Of a stretch of 64,000 nucleotides of DNA, positions 37,401-49,632 are shown piece after piece (positions within the stretch are counted from its first letter, which is position 1; each line of letters begins with the position of its first letter). The DNA lies in the NCBI GenBank assembly GCA_013239625.1, contig MU056313.1, positions 3,722,885-3,786,884 of the forward strand, in the 5' to 3' direction. A program made the translations under genes and the position numbers. This DNA is from Lama guanicoe. Taxonomy: Eukaryota. Below the pieces are notes generated by a model. That model saw only the letters and a list, made by a program, of their open reading frames with translations. It made no database searches and was not told the origin of the DNA.

Positions 37401-39729
37401 AGTTACAAATATTCAAGACAGACAAGTACTACAGAGCAGCAGCGTATAAACATGAGAGTCCCTCCTACGTGACTCATTTGAAGGAAATGAGCCTTTGGAA
37501 TGATGTGGTCACTTAAAACTAGTAGAAAACCTGACTGAGGGGGATTTTCAGAAATGTAAGCACTTAGAGAAGTGAGAAATAAACGATAAACCAGTAAGAG
37601 CTTGGACTCTGGAATCAGGTATGTGCTTGAATTTGACCTTTGACCACATTACTTTTTCAGTTTCATCTGAAAAAAAAGGCCAAATGAGAATAGTTACTCA
37701 TCAGGTCGTGAGGAAGTGAGGACACATACACTTACTAAACTATGGTACCCTTTACATGTATCATCTTGTCTGATCTTCAGTCTTAAGGCGGCTTTTATTT
37801 TACAAATGAAGTTAAAACGTTAAATTTCCAGGTACATGCCTACTTAAAGAGGCAGAGCCAAGATTCTGTCTCAAGATCACAAAGCTTGTTTTCTTCTGTA
37901 CTACACTATCTTGAAGAATTGTAAAACACAATTTCTTTTAAATCAGCGATTCTTTAAGTTTTTAAATAGTCATAGCAAATAAACGTTTATAAATTAAACG
38001 TTTGTTTCTACACTTAAGCAATTCCTCCAATTCTACAATATAAAAATGTTATAACTGAAGTCTTCACTTTTATATTAACTTGAAATCTAGCCAATTTAGG
38101 AAATTACTAAACCACCTAATTATAGATATATTATAGAAATCTATTCTTTGTAACATCTGGCTTGCTCATCTTGTAATCATTGCCACACAAAATACACATT
38201 CCAAGGCTGAGGAAACTGAGGTAATTAAAACTGCTTCCCCAACTCATGTTACTGCTCCTCACAATATAGTCAACCTGTTTACAGAATATGGACTTTATCT
38301 TTGGTGTTCAATTTAACATGCTCAAACATAAACCATTTAAAAAAGTTATGTAGTGAAATAAAAACAATTCTCATTATTTCAAGTATATAAAGACTCCTCT
38401 ATTATTTCTAGAATATAAAATGGAAATAACTCCTACATGCTTACATTGTGCTTTTGTTCAGTATTCCTACTCCAATACAACTGCCGTGTAAGAGGTCATT
38501 TCCCTGATTTTTCTCTGTACATTATCACCATCACTGCTCAAAGTTCAACATCTAGAAAGCCAGAAGAAAGGCCACAGAGATAACACTTTGGGCTAGAGTT
38601 GAAGAAAAATGAAACAGAATACCCCACCAGAGAGTAATGCAGTCAGAATCACGTATGTAATAGAAGTGCATTTCATTTCACTACCAACAAACAATTCAAC
38701 TGAATAGGCTCATTAAAGAGCTGAGCATGGCTGCCTTATTCTGCCCAGTATTCTTCCATGAGGCCTGTAAACAAAATCATCTAGTTCTAGATCTGTAAAC
38801 TGTTAACTTCTCTATCCATAAAAAGTTGTGTGTCAGCGATGAAAAATTACCTAGTCGTAATTTACGACGACGAGTGGGGGAAGCCTGTTCGCAGGATTCG
38901 GTTTTNNNNNNNNNNNNNNNNNNNNNNNNNNNNNNNNNNNNNNNNNNNNNNNNNNNNNNNNNNNNNNNNNNNNNNNNNNNNNNNNNNNNNNNNNNNNNNN
39001 NNNNNNNNNNNNNNNNNNNNNNNNNNNNNNNNNNNNNNNNNNNNNNNNNNNNNNNNNAGTGTAAATTGTATTTTACCTCAAAACATAAATTAACCCACTT
39101 AAAGAATCTGCAGCAGTCAAAATCATGGTGAATTTTAAACAACTTCAGAATAAAATTACCTTAAGTACTTTATACTGCTTTATATCTAAAAAATGCTTAC
39201 AACTTCTCATAAAAATAGTCTGAGGCAACTATTTTTTCTTTTATTCTTTAACAGACAAGCTCAACATTATGGGCAACATTCTTTAAACCTTAAGCTTCAC
39301 AGACTTTCAGACATTCAAATACCATGGTCCCCTTTTCTTTAATGTGAAGGTTTATTCAGCTGGGAAAGAAAAAGCATGGTAGACAACTGAATACATTTTC
39401 ACCAAATTGAAAGTAGTACAAAAGTTTTAAGACTCTACAGAACTACACATCGTACCTAATGTATCATTAAAAATAGATGACAGTATTTCCTTCAGCAAAT
39501 AAAATGGCATACTGGTATGCTGTTAATGCATACACCATTTAACGTGTACTGTCATTCACAAATTATTTACAACTTGCGCTGTGTGAAAAGAACTAGAATG
39601 TAAATTTTCTGCAAAACTGGAAAAAAAGCAATACAAAATTTGTGAAAGCCTGTGTTTTGTATCATACAAAAGTAAGCCAGTTTTTCTCTTCAAATACCAG
39701 ATACTGAATGCAGTGATATGCTGGACAGT

Positions 39730-41075
39730 TTACAGTAATTCTTGAGGATGTTTTAATGCTGGAGGTAAGTTTACAGGCCTTGACTCTTCGTCGAGGAGNN
39801 NNNNNNNNNNNNNNNNNNNNNNNNNNNNNNNNNNNNNNNNNNNNNNNNNNNNNNNNNNNNNNNNNNNNNNNNNNNNNNNNNNNNNNNNNNNNNNNNNNNN
39901 NNNNNNNNNNNNNNNNNNNNNNNNNNNNNNNNNNNNNNNNNNNNNNNNNNNNNNNNNNNNNNNNNNNNNNNNNNNNNNNNNNNNNNNNNNNNNNTGAGGC
40001 AGATCTGCCAGTTCTTTCAGTGGGACAAAAAACACATCCAGTGTTGCTTTCAGGGCCTCAATAGCTGCATTTAGGAGCTCTCCATGATTCACACTGGGAC
40101 TAAAGCCACCAACGGCCACCAACTTCCACGCCACCGTTTTATACAGTCTATTGAAAAAAGGTTGCTTCTGTTTCACATCTTCATTGGTTAACTTGCAGCA
40201 AGAGAATTTCACAGAACTCTCACTTGACTGTGTAGCACTTTTAGAAGGCAACTGTGACGTGCTAGTCTGAGAACTACTCTTAGAAGCCAGCTGGGACACA
40301 CCTGCTATGGAAGTGCTCTTAGAAATGAGAGCGCCACTGGTCTGGGAGCTGCTCTTGGAAGCTAACAGTGATGCAGCGACCTGCGAAGTGCTTTTGGAAG
40401 TCAGCATTGATGTGTTTGTTGAGGTGCTGCTCTNNNNNNNNNNNNNNNNNNNNNNNNNNNNNNNNNNNNNNNNNNNNNNNNNNNNNNNNNNNNNNNNNNN
40501 NNNNNNNNNNNNNNNNNNNNNNNNNNNNNNNNNNNNNNNNNNNNNNNNNNNNNNNNNNNNNNNNNNNNNNNNNACTTCTGAGCTTCCTGAGGAGCCCAAC
40601 AAGGGCACCTCGATCTCTGAGATGCTCTGAGAAACTAAGATTGAAGGGCCTTCCAAAGCACTCTTTTTCGGTGAGCCACTCTGTTGTCTGGAATCAGTGG
40701 ACTGGGTCACGTGACTATTCACACTGGACTTCAACAATGAAGAAACAAACGACGCTGAACCATGTTTATCTGGAGCTTCCGATTCAGCTTTTCCAGGACC
40801 TACCGTTGTTACCTGAGAGGAAGTGCTGCTGCTGCTTTGGCTGGAAACAGATCGATCTCCATCACTTGTGGAGCTATTCTGACTCGGGGTGCCAGAGCTC
40901 CGACTCGAGTTCCCACCACTCTCTGACTTGGTAGATGACCCTGAACACGCTGAGATGTTTTCCTGCTGAGCTGATGTGCGGTCTGTTTTGGCAGGAATTT
41001 TTGCATGATCTTGCTCAACTGCAGAACTGCCCTTTCCTTCTAGGGCTCGTTTTTTCGTTGGCTCTTCTACCCCTT
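39730..41075 (-). CDS. CDKN2AIP: CDKN2AIP coding exon 3 (Ser-rich region and C-terminus), containing two N runs
   Basis: Acceptor TTTTCAG|AA at 41075. Open frame EGVEEPTKKRALEGK... through a Ser-rich region, then KQKQPFFNRLYKTVAWKLVAVGGFSP...PVNLPPALKHPQELL-TAA. Frame is preserved across the N runs 40434-40573 and 39799-39994. Confidence 0.94.
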
Positions 41076-41484
41076 CTGAAAAGAAAGAAAACAGACATGT
41101 GACTAAGCTTACCTCATACGTATCAGCTGAAAATTTATAAGAGAGATACTCATATTAAAATAAAGGCACACGGTGAAAATATTTCAGGACTCGTAGTGTC
41201 TTTAAAAAGTTTAAAAACTTCGTTAATTTCTTAAAACAGCGTTGAATTAACCAATGATTTCTCATAGTAAAAAATCAACAGCGTGGACATTTAACACTTC
41301 GAAATCTCACAGAGTCAAAGGAAACTATAAAACACAGACACATAATTTAGGTTTAACATTCCAACTTGATTAATAACAGTATATAAAGTCTAGCTTGTTA
41401 AAAAAAATTAGTAACAATCATTCCTAATTATATCAAACTTAGGTTCTAAACTCCTATGTATGTTCACATCTATGATCTGCTAAC

Positions 41485-41615
41485 CATTGCTACTCGATAT
41501 CCCTCTTTTCTTCACCTTGGCAACCAGTTCGTCTCTTGTTGTATGGATTGGAGCATCTGTCACTTTGATGCCTTCAGCCATACTAAGTATTTTATCCATA
41601 ACTTTTTGGGGGTAC
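41485..41615 (-). CDS. CDKN2AIP: CDKN2AIP coding exon 2 (131 nt)
   Basis: Poly-T tract plus CAG|G acceptor at 41615. Translation YPQKVMDKILSMAEGIKVTDAPIHTTRDELVAKVKKRGISSSN. Donor G|GTTAG. Phases match exons 1 and 3. Confidence 0.95.
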
Positions 41616-41779
41616 CTGAAAAAAAAAAAGGAGGAAGACACTTTAAAAAGCATTTCTGCTAAGCTGCCACCTCTCGAGTACAAAAACAGGCCACAGGAAC
41701 TGCATTTCCTGGTCGTAATCAAGAAACTGAACCAACCGCCAGGAACTTTGTTTCCTGGAACCCCACAAACACACACCCG

Positions 41780-43350
41780 GGGTCTGGGAGGCGGGGTCCC
41801 TCCTTACCAATCTAATTTAACCTAGTGTCCCTCTCCCCTAGAGCGCTGTCAGCTCAACGCCAGCAGCTCCCCACCCGACCGGGGCATCTACAGACGGCTA
41901 ATCATGTCGGCTTCGGGCAGAGACGCCCTTCTCGCCCTTAGAGGGCAGCCGGGCCCGCGGATTCCCGCGCTTCGCCACTTCCCTTCTCGCCGAGGGCTCC
42001 GGGCCCCAGTCCGGGGCGGAAGACAAAACGGGGAGAGCTGCTCGGGGACGCCGGTTCACTCACCGGCACCCGAGGAAGACGTGGTTGGCCCACGCCATGG
42101 AAAAGGAGATGAGCTGCTGCAGCTGCCGATTGCGGGTCCCGCTCCCGGCGTCGGCGGCCTCCTCCTGGTTAGCGGAGGCAGCGCCGCCGGCGGGGGCCAA
42201 GTCCCCGGCGTTGCGGAGCAGAAACTCCCTGCGGTGGCGCCAGTGTTTGTCGGTCTCGCCGTCGCAGCGCAGCGCCTCCACCCAGGCGGCCACCCGCGGG
42301 TTCTGGCTCAGGTACTCCGACACCTCCTGCGCCATGTTGGGCCTGCAGGTCGCGGAGGCCGCGAGCAGACGCTGCTCCGGGAGGGAGGCGGGGGGCGCGG
42401 GACGAGCGGCCCTGTCACTGCGGCCTGCACCGGCAGCCCTTCCAGAGAACGCCCCTCGAGAGGCGCACGCACCAAACAACAGCGCCGGGAGCAGCCGAAC
42501 CGCCCACTTCCGCCCGCCGCTGGCTCCTTCCCTTTTATAACCTCGCCGCCGCCGAGCGCCCGCGCGTCCTTCCGGCGCGAGCCGGCTCTCCCAGGTCGCT
42601 TTGCGGCGCGCGAGCGGCCGCGACGCTGCGGCCCCGGCCGGCGCGGGAAGGGGGGGGAGGCGGAGCGAAGGGAGGCGGGCGCGCGCCTCCCGACCCCAGA
42701 GGGCGGGTCGTTAGGGGTTCGGCCGGGGCGCCCTCGGGCTGGGCGTGGACCTTGGCGTCCCCCCTCCGCTTTGTGACGCTGCGCCGGGCCGGGGATCCGG
42801 GGCGAGTGAGGCCAGGCCTGGTGGCCGAGCGCGGCAGGGCAGGCGGGCCAAGTCCTCGCGCGTCGCGCGCGTCCCCGCGGATTGAGCCGCAGTTCGGACG
42901 CGAGGTCGGGGCGGCTCGGCCCCGGGACGCTGATTTCGAGCGGGGCCAAAATAAACAAAAGCTCGCCTCCATCTTTCGATTATGTCAGAAAACAGCTTCC
43001 AGCGCTATTTCGAATGTAGATAAGCGGCCGTCCGGGTCTCGGGCATTTAGGAACGTGCGGGTGCATATTAGCCTAAGTCGTAGTGATAATAAAGGTAATA
43101 AGGGGACGTTTAATCCAGTTCCATGTTGCCCCGTGGAGCCCTCCTGCAAGCCAGCTCTGGCGCCGCAGACTTGGGTTTGGTTTTCGCGGTTCATCCCGGG
43201 CCGAACCGCTTTCTCTCGGGTGGGCTTTTGGTCAGTAACTTAAACACTGGGCGGAGGGCCTGCTGTCTCTGTCGCGTTTTCTTAAATTAACAGCCATTAA
43301 CCTCCAGCTGGACGGGGAGCCGGCAGGCGGCTTGGGAAAGTGCGTATGTC
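41780..43350. promoter_or_regulatory. CDKN2AIP CpG island / promoter
   Basis: CpG-dense region over exon 1. Minus-strand TATAAAAG at 42532-42539, ETS site CGGAAGTG at 42505-42512, YY1-like CCATCTT near 42969. Confidence 0.88.
42064..42335 (-). CDS. CDKN2AIP: CDKN2AIP (CARF) coding exon 1 (272 nt), XRN2-binding domain region
   Basis: ATG at 42335 gives MAQEVSEYLSQNPRVAAWVEALRCDGETDKHWRHRREFLLRN...QLISFSMAWANHVFLGC. Phase-2 donor CG|GTGAGT. Confidence 0.96.
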
Positions 43351-43924
43351 TCTACGCCCCGTTTCCCTCTGAGAACTATTTTTTTCTGCATTTTTTTCCA
43401 TTTTAGAATGTCCACACTTGAAACATTACTGCCGGCTTCCTCATTGTTACGTTTCCAGTATTAGGTATTTGGGTGTTTTAAGATTAATGAAATTTAATGA
43501 TAAGTTAAAAGAAGTGATATATTAATGATAAATTACGGAATTAAAATTTTTGCTTTCAATAAATATTTGTGGGTTTTAAGATAATGAGTCAGAATAAGCA
43601 AAAAAAAGTCACTTAGACAAGATTAATTGAAAGAGCCATGTACTTTACATACATACTGGAACAGACAAAATTCAGCTATTGTATGAAAATAATAGTGCCC
43701 ACTTTCCTGCCATGCCAAATGAAGCTGCATAAAAACGTAGGCATGGAGAAATTTTGAAGCTTGGGATTTTGCTTCTAGTTTTGCACTTTGCTCTTTTTCC
43801 CTGAAACTTGAGAGGGGTGAAAGGATGTGGAAATCTGGCAAATTAAAAGACTAGAGAAATTTCGTGGTTTTTCCTTTTGTGAATTATTTGGCAAAGATAG
43901 CAAGTTAAAGAATCTATGATTCCA

Positions 43925-44352
43925 CTACTCAGCCATAAAAAGTAGTAAAATAATGCCATTTGCAGCAACATGGATGGGCCTGGAGACTGTCATTCTAAGT
44001 TAAATAAGTCACAAAGAGAAAGAAAAATACCGTATGATATCACTTATATGTGGAATCTAAAAAAAGATGAACACATTTACAAAACAAAGACTCAGACATA
44101 GAAAAACTTACGGTTATGGGGTGGAAAAGTATAAATTAGGAGCTTGAGATTTGCAGATACTAACTACGATATATAAAACAGATAAACAAGTTTATACTGT
44201 ATAGCACAGGGAGCTATATTCAATATCTTATAGTAACCTATAATGAAAAAATAAGAAAATGAATATATGTATGTGTATATATGACTGAACTATTATGCTG
44301 TATGCCAGAAATTGACACATTATAAACTGACTCTACTTCAATTTAAAAAAAG
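43925..44352 (+). mobile_element. 5'-truncated L1 3' end
   Basis: TAATGCCATTTGCAGCAACATGGATGGGCCTGGAG...CTGTATAGCACAGGGAGCTATATTCAATATCTT. TSD TCTATGATTCCA at 43913-43924 and 44355-44366. Confidence 0.85.
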
Positions 44353-44945
44353 GCTCTATGATTCCATACCTAGATGATATTTGTACATTTTAAACCGAGA
44401 ATTTTCTCACTTTTTTTCTTTTTGCCCTGTAGCCTTCCACCCATGGGCCTCATTGCCTTGAAGGAAGAGCGAGTAGAGCCTGGATTTCAGAATTAATTTT
44501 TAAAGTTACGATAAAAGCAATATGGTCTGAAAGTTGGAGTATTTCTTATTTGCAAAAGCCAGTTGCTTGGTAGAAAAGATTTTTTTCTTTTCTTAAAAGG
44601 TTGACTTTGAAGATTGAAGACTCAGGGCATAGACCATGGACCACAGAGTTAAGAAGAAGGGCATATATTGAACTGAAAAAAAAAAAAAAGAGACTTCGCA
44701 CCAAATGGAGGCAAATTATGTTCTAGATAGGAGGGAGGAAGGATTCAGAGAGAAAAGGTGAGAAGGGAACTTGTGAGAATCCGGGAGGGTGGGGGTGGTC
44801 GGAGGGGGGAAGTGTTGGTTTTGCCTGGACGTTTGGGAGAAGACAGCCCATTAGTCCCTGAGGGGTGGTCTTTGGAAGAGAAGAAATGAGCACAGAGCTT
44901 TTATAGCTCTGATAACCAACTACACCACTCCCTCCTCTCCCTCCA

Positions 44946-45042
44946 GCGCGCGCGCACACACACACACACACACGCACGCACGCACGCACGCGCGCGCGCG
45001 CACACACACACACACACATACACACACACACAAGCACGCACA
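44946..45042. repeat. Compound (CG)n(CA)n(CGCA)n(CG)n(CA)n microsatellite
   Basis: Directly visible alternating purine-pyrimidine run. Confidence 0.95.
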
Positions 45043-46414
45043 CCCCTCTTGTCTCTCACAGACCATAGGGTTGGACTTAGAGACTGGAACCATTGGCAGA
45101 CTTAGTAAAAGCAGTTTCGGTGGCGTGGTGGAGGCAGACGCAATACTGGAGTAACTTCAGGAGTAGGAAACAGAGACACTGCTGTGAAGGAGACAAGAGA
45201 GAGGAAGCTGGAGAAGGTCATGGGGTCCAGGCCACTTTTAAATTTCAGATGAGAGTAGCTTAAGCATATGCAAGTGCTGATTGGGAGAAGCTAAAAGAGG
45301 GAGAGTTTGAAGTTACTGAAGAAATGGGGGCTAACAGACAATTTCTGAAGAAGTCAGGAGGGCTGGGATCCAATGCACAGGAGGAGAGATTAACCTCAAG
45401 TACATGGAGAGGCACTTCCTCCATTTTAAAAGGAAGAAAAAGATTGTAATTTGGAGATGGGAAGTTGAGATGGAGTCTCTGTGGTGGAGTAGAGAATGCT
45501 GGAAGTGGACATTTTAGAGAGCAGGGGAACAAGCTGCCTTGATACACATACTTCAAGTTCTGGCCAAGTTTTTTTTAAATTATAAATTATATGTGCACAC
45601 AGAAGTGAAACATTTAAAGAGAATTAAAAGCCATAAAATGAAAGTGAAAATCTCCCTCCCTTCTCAGCCTGGTCCCACTCTACATGTATCATCATTAATG
45701 TCAGTTTGTCTCTGTTTCTTTGGGTGGCTGTTTTCATAACCCCAAATTATATGCTTATGTTTTTATTTCTTGATTTTCAACTTTAAGCACTTTATTTCAT
45801 TCCTGAATGTGAATGGTGGGTAAATCCATATCACTTACACTACCTCTTCCTTCTCCCAATTTTTGTTGTATTTTAAATGTTCATCTGTTGGCCACCTGTC
45901 ATAAACTTAAATATTGTACTTAATCTTTAATTTCTTAATCTATCAACTTTAGACAGTCAGCTCTTGATTCTCACGTCGTGTAAGAAAATTCTGGGGAGAG
46001 ACCATATGGCAGCTATTTGGACTTTCAAAAAAATATGGCTTTAAAAGAAGATCTAATCCCTAAGGGTGAACAGGCAGTGGGTGGAGAATTCCACAGTGCT
46101 CCTGCTTACCTGCGGGCTTGGTGCCATTTTGTTTTTATATTAAGCCCTAACATTAAATAAGTTGGAGTATTTCTTATTTGCAGTAAACATGTTTGCTGCT
46201 GTGAGAATTAAATAAGATAGTGAAGTTACATCTTTCATACGGGTTAGTTTCGAAAATCAGCATGTAAATGAAAGGCAGATAAGATAGGCAACACTCCACC
46301 TCTTTTTCCTGTGGCGTAGCAATTCCCTCAGTTTTAGAAAGGCCCCTTGGGCATCTCCTGATGTGAAGACGTAGGAAACTGGGCTTTCTCTACAGGTTCA
46401 AAAATTCTAGTTTA

Positions 46415-46830
46415 ATTAATTTCAGTTGCAAGTGACAAAAATTATGATTTTAAAATGGCTTCTGCTTAACCAAAAAGAGAATTTATTGGCTGTATGACTG
46501 ACAACCCAGGGAGCAGATTTTTGGGATCCAGGTACTCAAACAGTATAATCAGGAAGCCTGCCTCTCTTCATCTGTAGACTTTGCTTTCTCTGTGTTAGCC
46601 TCAGTCTCAGAGAAGATCTTCATGCAGGTGGCGAGATGGTTCCCAGCAGCCCAGGCATATACATCCCCACAGTTCAGCAGCTGCTGTGGAAAGACAGCTT
46701 ATCTTTCCTGATAGATTCTGCCATTGTCCTGAGGGTCTGTTGGGTTATAATATTTATCCCTTAAATAAACACTCTAGCCAGAGATATGAAATATTCTGAT
46801 TGGACAGGTCTGAGCCATGCCTCCACCCTA
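46415..46830. mobile_element. MLT1 (ERVL-MaLR) LTR remnant
   Basis: TTCAGTTGCAAGTGAC, AATTTATTGGCT, CTGATTGGACAGGTCTGAGCCATGCC, typical of MLT1J/K-type LTRs. Confidence 0.6.
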
Positions 46831-48524
46831 AGAAGAATAAAACATCTGAGTAGGGTCAGTATCATGCAAGGGAAATAACAAAGTCAATAAAGCAAATTTA
46901 CACTCAGAAAAGCCAGGGTAACAATCATATGCACAGAAGGATCACCAAATACTAGAAAAGATTTGAAAGAAAGGATGATAGTAAGGAGCTTCGAATGACA
47001 CAAGATAATTCTCCAGTGGGAACCCTTATCAAGATGACTCCCTTTCCTCCACATCTTAGCCGAAGTGGTAAAATCTTTTTATGCCAATTTTATATTTCTT
47101 TACATAGCCTTGTATAGACCTTTCCTAAAAACAGTTCCATGGTTTTAGTCTTCTTGTTCCTCCTAATGCCAACAAGATGGGGTATTATTTTCTGTACTTT
47201 CCCATCCCTTTGTGACTCTCTTCGCTTGTGTTTATCCCTAGATTTAATCTAGGAGTGAGAGACAGAGACATTTTCCGTTTTAAGGATCCATTCCAAGTAG
47301 CGGGAAGTTAATTTCAGTCCATTCAGGATCACGGGTATCCATTTTAGGGCGCTTACATAGTGTGGAGGCACGGGGCTGGAGCTGGGGCTTCAAAATGAGG
47401 CATTCCCAGGCATCCTTTGGAATATCCACCTTTCCTGTCAATTTTTGGTCCATGTCTGTCCGTGGAGGCCACTGCTTCATCCTCCTCTTCCTCACGGCGG
47501 GGCCTCTTTAGGTCAGAGGACTGTCCTCGCTAGACTCATGCCTGAGAGAGGCGTGGGTAGACGTTGCCTCTTGGACCTTGCTGGGGGCGCTGATTCTCTA
47601 CAAGGCTTTCTTGGGTCCACTTGCCCGAACGTGTCTAGTCTGTTCCTCCATGCCACGCTAGGGGGAGGGGGCACTCTGGATATCTTGCAGCTCCCTTGGG
47701 ATCTGCTGGGAATGAGGTGTGGGTCAGGGAGCCCCGAGCCTGCTGGGCTTTTCATCATCCTTTCCTTCCCTCTTCCCTCTGCAGTTCTGCCTGGAGGGAA
47801 AGAGCAGGCAGGACAGGGGCCCCTTCTCAGGGAAACACACCAGCAGCCTAATTCTCTTGGTTCCCTCCCCTTCAAATTCTCCTTTCCTGTGAAGAATTTC
47901 TTATCTGGGTAACAGGTAGCCTGGTTCTTTATCTATTCTTTTAATCTCTTGTTATTATGCCCTACCTGGATTTTTGACCAGTCAAGACTTTGCATCTTTT
48001 GTCTTCTATATTCTGCTGCATCTTACGAAAGGCAGTGCCCTCAGCACACCCCCACATTTCAAACTAGCCACATGGCTATAAAAGTTAGAGCCACCTCTGG
48101 GGAAAGTGGGGAAAGGAAGCATCTTCAGCTAGATCTACCAGTTCGCCCTCAATATTAATGTTAGAGACTGATTTTAATTTTTTAGTAAGCAGTTTCTTCA
48201 ACCCTGTTGAGGAGGTAGGGTAGGCTAGTCAAAAATTTGCAAGTTCATGAGGAATATCTGGGTTGATGGAGTCATTCCTTCAGTCTTTCATTCTAGCAAG
48301 TACCTACTAACTCCCTACCAAGGGTCACACCAATGAGACCAATGTTATAAAATATAATGGGGGGAAATAAGGCTGAGGGGCAGGAAAGGGTTCAGCAAGT
48401 GGTCCAAACAGAAAGAACGCTCTGTGAGCTACTAAAGGCAACACTTAAAAGTCCCATCACCTCCTTCCTCTCCCCTTCTATGCAACTGTTGGTTGAATAA
48501 GGATGCGGTTTTTAAAAACCTCAA

Positions 48525-48706
48525 TTAATTTTAAGGAAGGAAACAAAGTAAGTGTTTTTCTTCTCACCAGGGAAGGCAATTTTGATGTTAAACACCTCAT
48601 TGATAGTGGTAATACTGTGCAGTTAATTTTGAAGATGAGAACAAAAGAAGTGTTTTCATTCTCACCAGGGAAGGCAGTTTTAAACACCTCATTGAGGGTA
48701 GCACCA
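48525..48706. repeat. Imperfect tandem duplication, period 98 bp
   Basis: TTAATTTT...AAGTGTTTT...TTCTCACCAGGGAAGGCA.TTTT...AAACACCTCATTGA begins at both 48525 and 48623. Confidence 0.9.
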
Positions 48707-49384
48707 CCAGGCTCATTCGGGACTTGATAATAGCTCCTCTTGACAAGACAATACCGAACCCAGGGTGAAACCTACCAGCACTTAGACGAATTTTCACCCC
48801 CACCTCCTAGCAAAGGCGCATTTTCTCTCTTTCCCGAAAGGAGTGTTAGAGTGCAATGCAATCCAATTATTTTTACAGCGCCAAGTCCCATGGAAATGAA
48901 CTCAGGCGCTCACTCCGTTGATTTCAGTGGGGCTTGGTAGGGCGAAGTGGGTTCCACAGGGCTTTGATATAGAGTGAATTGGGCAAGGAGTGGAATTTTT
49001 ACTCACATTTGTTAATTTTTCCAAGGTAGAACTTAAGAGGCTCAGAATGCTCCTTTTATCACTGCCATACGAAACTAGAACTAGTAAATAGTAAGGGGAA
49101 AGAAGCTAGTTATATTACCTCCGTGGCCGTGAATTCGCTCTTCATTGTGCGGAAAGTCGGATTGCACTTTTCAGTAAACGCGTGACGGGAATCACACATT
49201 AGTTGAAGGCTTCAGCCTAGAGTTACAAGAGGACCTTGAGGTGTTGGACTGTCTGGCAGCTCCAAGTAGACACCTCATTGCCTCAGCGGCTCTGGGTCAT
49301 AGGGCTCTCGACCTACTGTCACTTCTGTTGTCTTGAAGGACAGGGATCATACTACTCTAGTTATTGGCACAGAGACAAGAGCTG

Positions 49385-49632
49385 TAGCTTGTTTCATACA
49401 TAGCAGTTTGTACCTCTTAATCCCCTCCCCCTGTATTGCCCCTCCCCCTTCCCTCTCCCAACTGGTAACCACTAGTTTGTTCTCCATATCTGTGAGTCTG
49501 TTTCTTTTTTGTTATATTTACCAGTTTGTTGTATTTTTTAGATTCCACACATAAGGGTTATCATATAGTATTTGTCTTTCTCTGTCTGACTTTTTTCATT
49601 TAACATAATGCCCCCTAAGTCCATCCATGTTG
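49385..49632 (-). mobile_element. L1 3' end running into N gaps
   Basis: CTGGTAACCACTAGTTTGTTCTCCATATCTGTGAGTCTG...TTTTTAGATTCCACACATAAG...GTCCATCCATGTTG. Confidence 0.8.

Noticed and set aside
41904-43243. 290-aa antisense ORF and other ORFs over CDKN2AIP exon 1
   Set aside because: CpG-island and antisense-shadow artefacts with no recognisable homology.
48525-48706. CRISPR-like repeat array
   Set aside because: Only two long diverged units in a mammalian genome, with no repeat-spacer structure and no cas genes.
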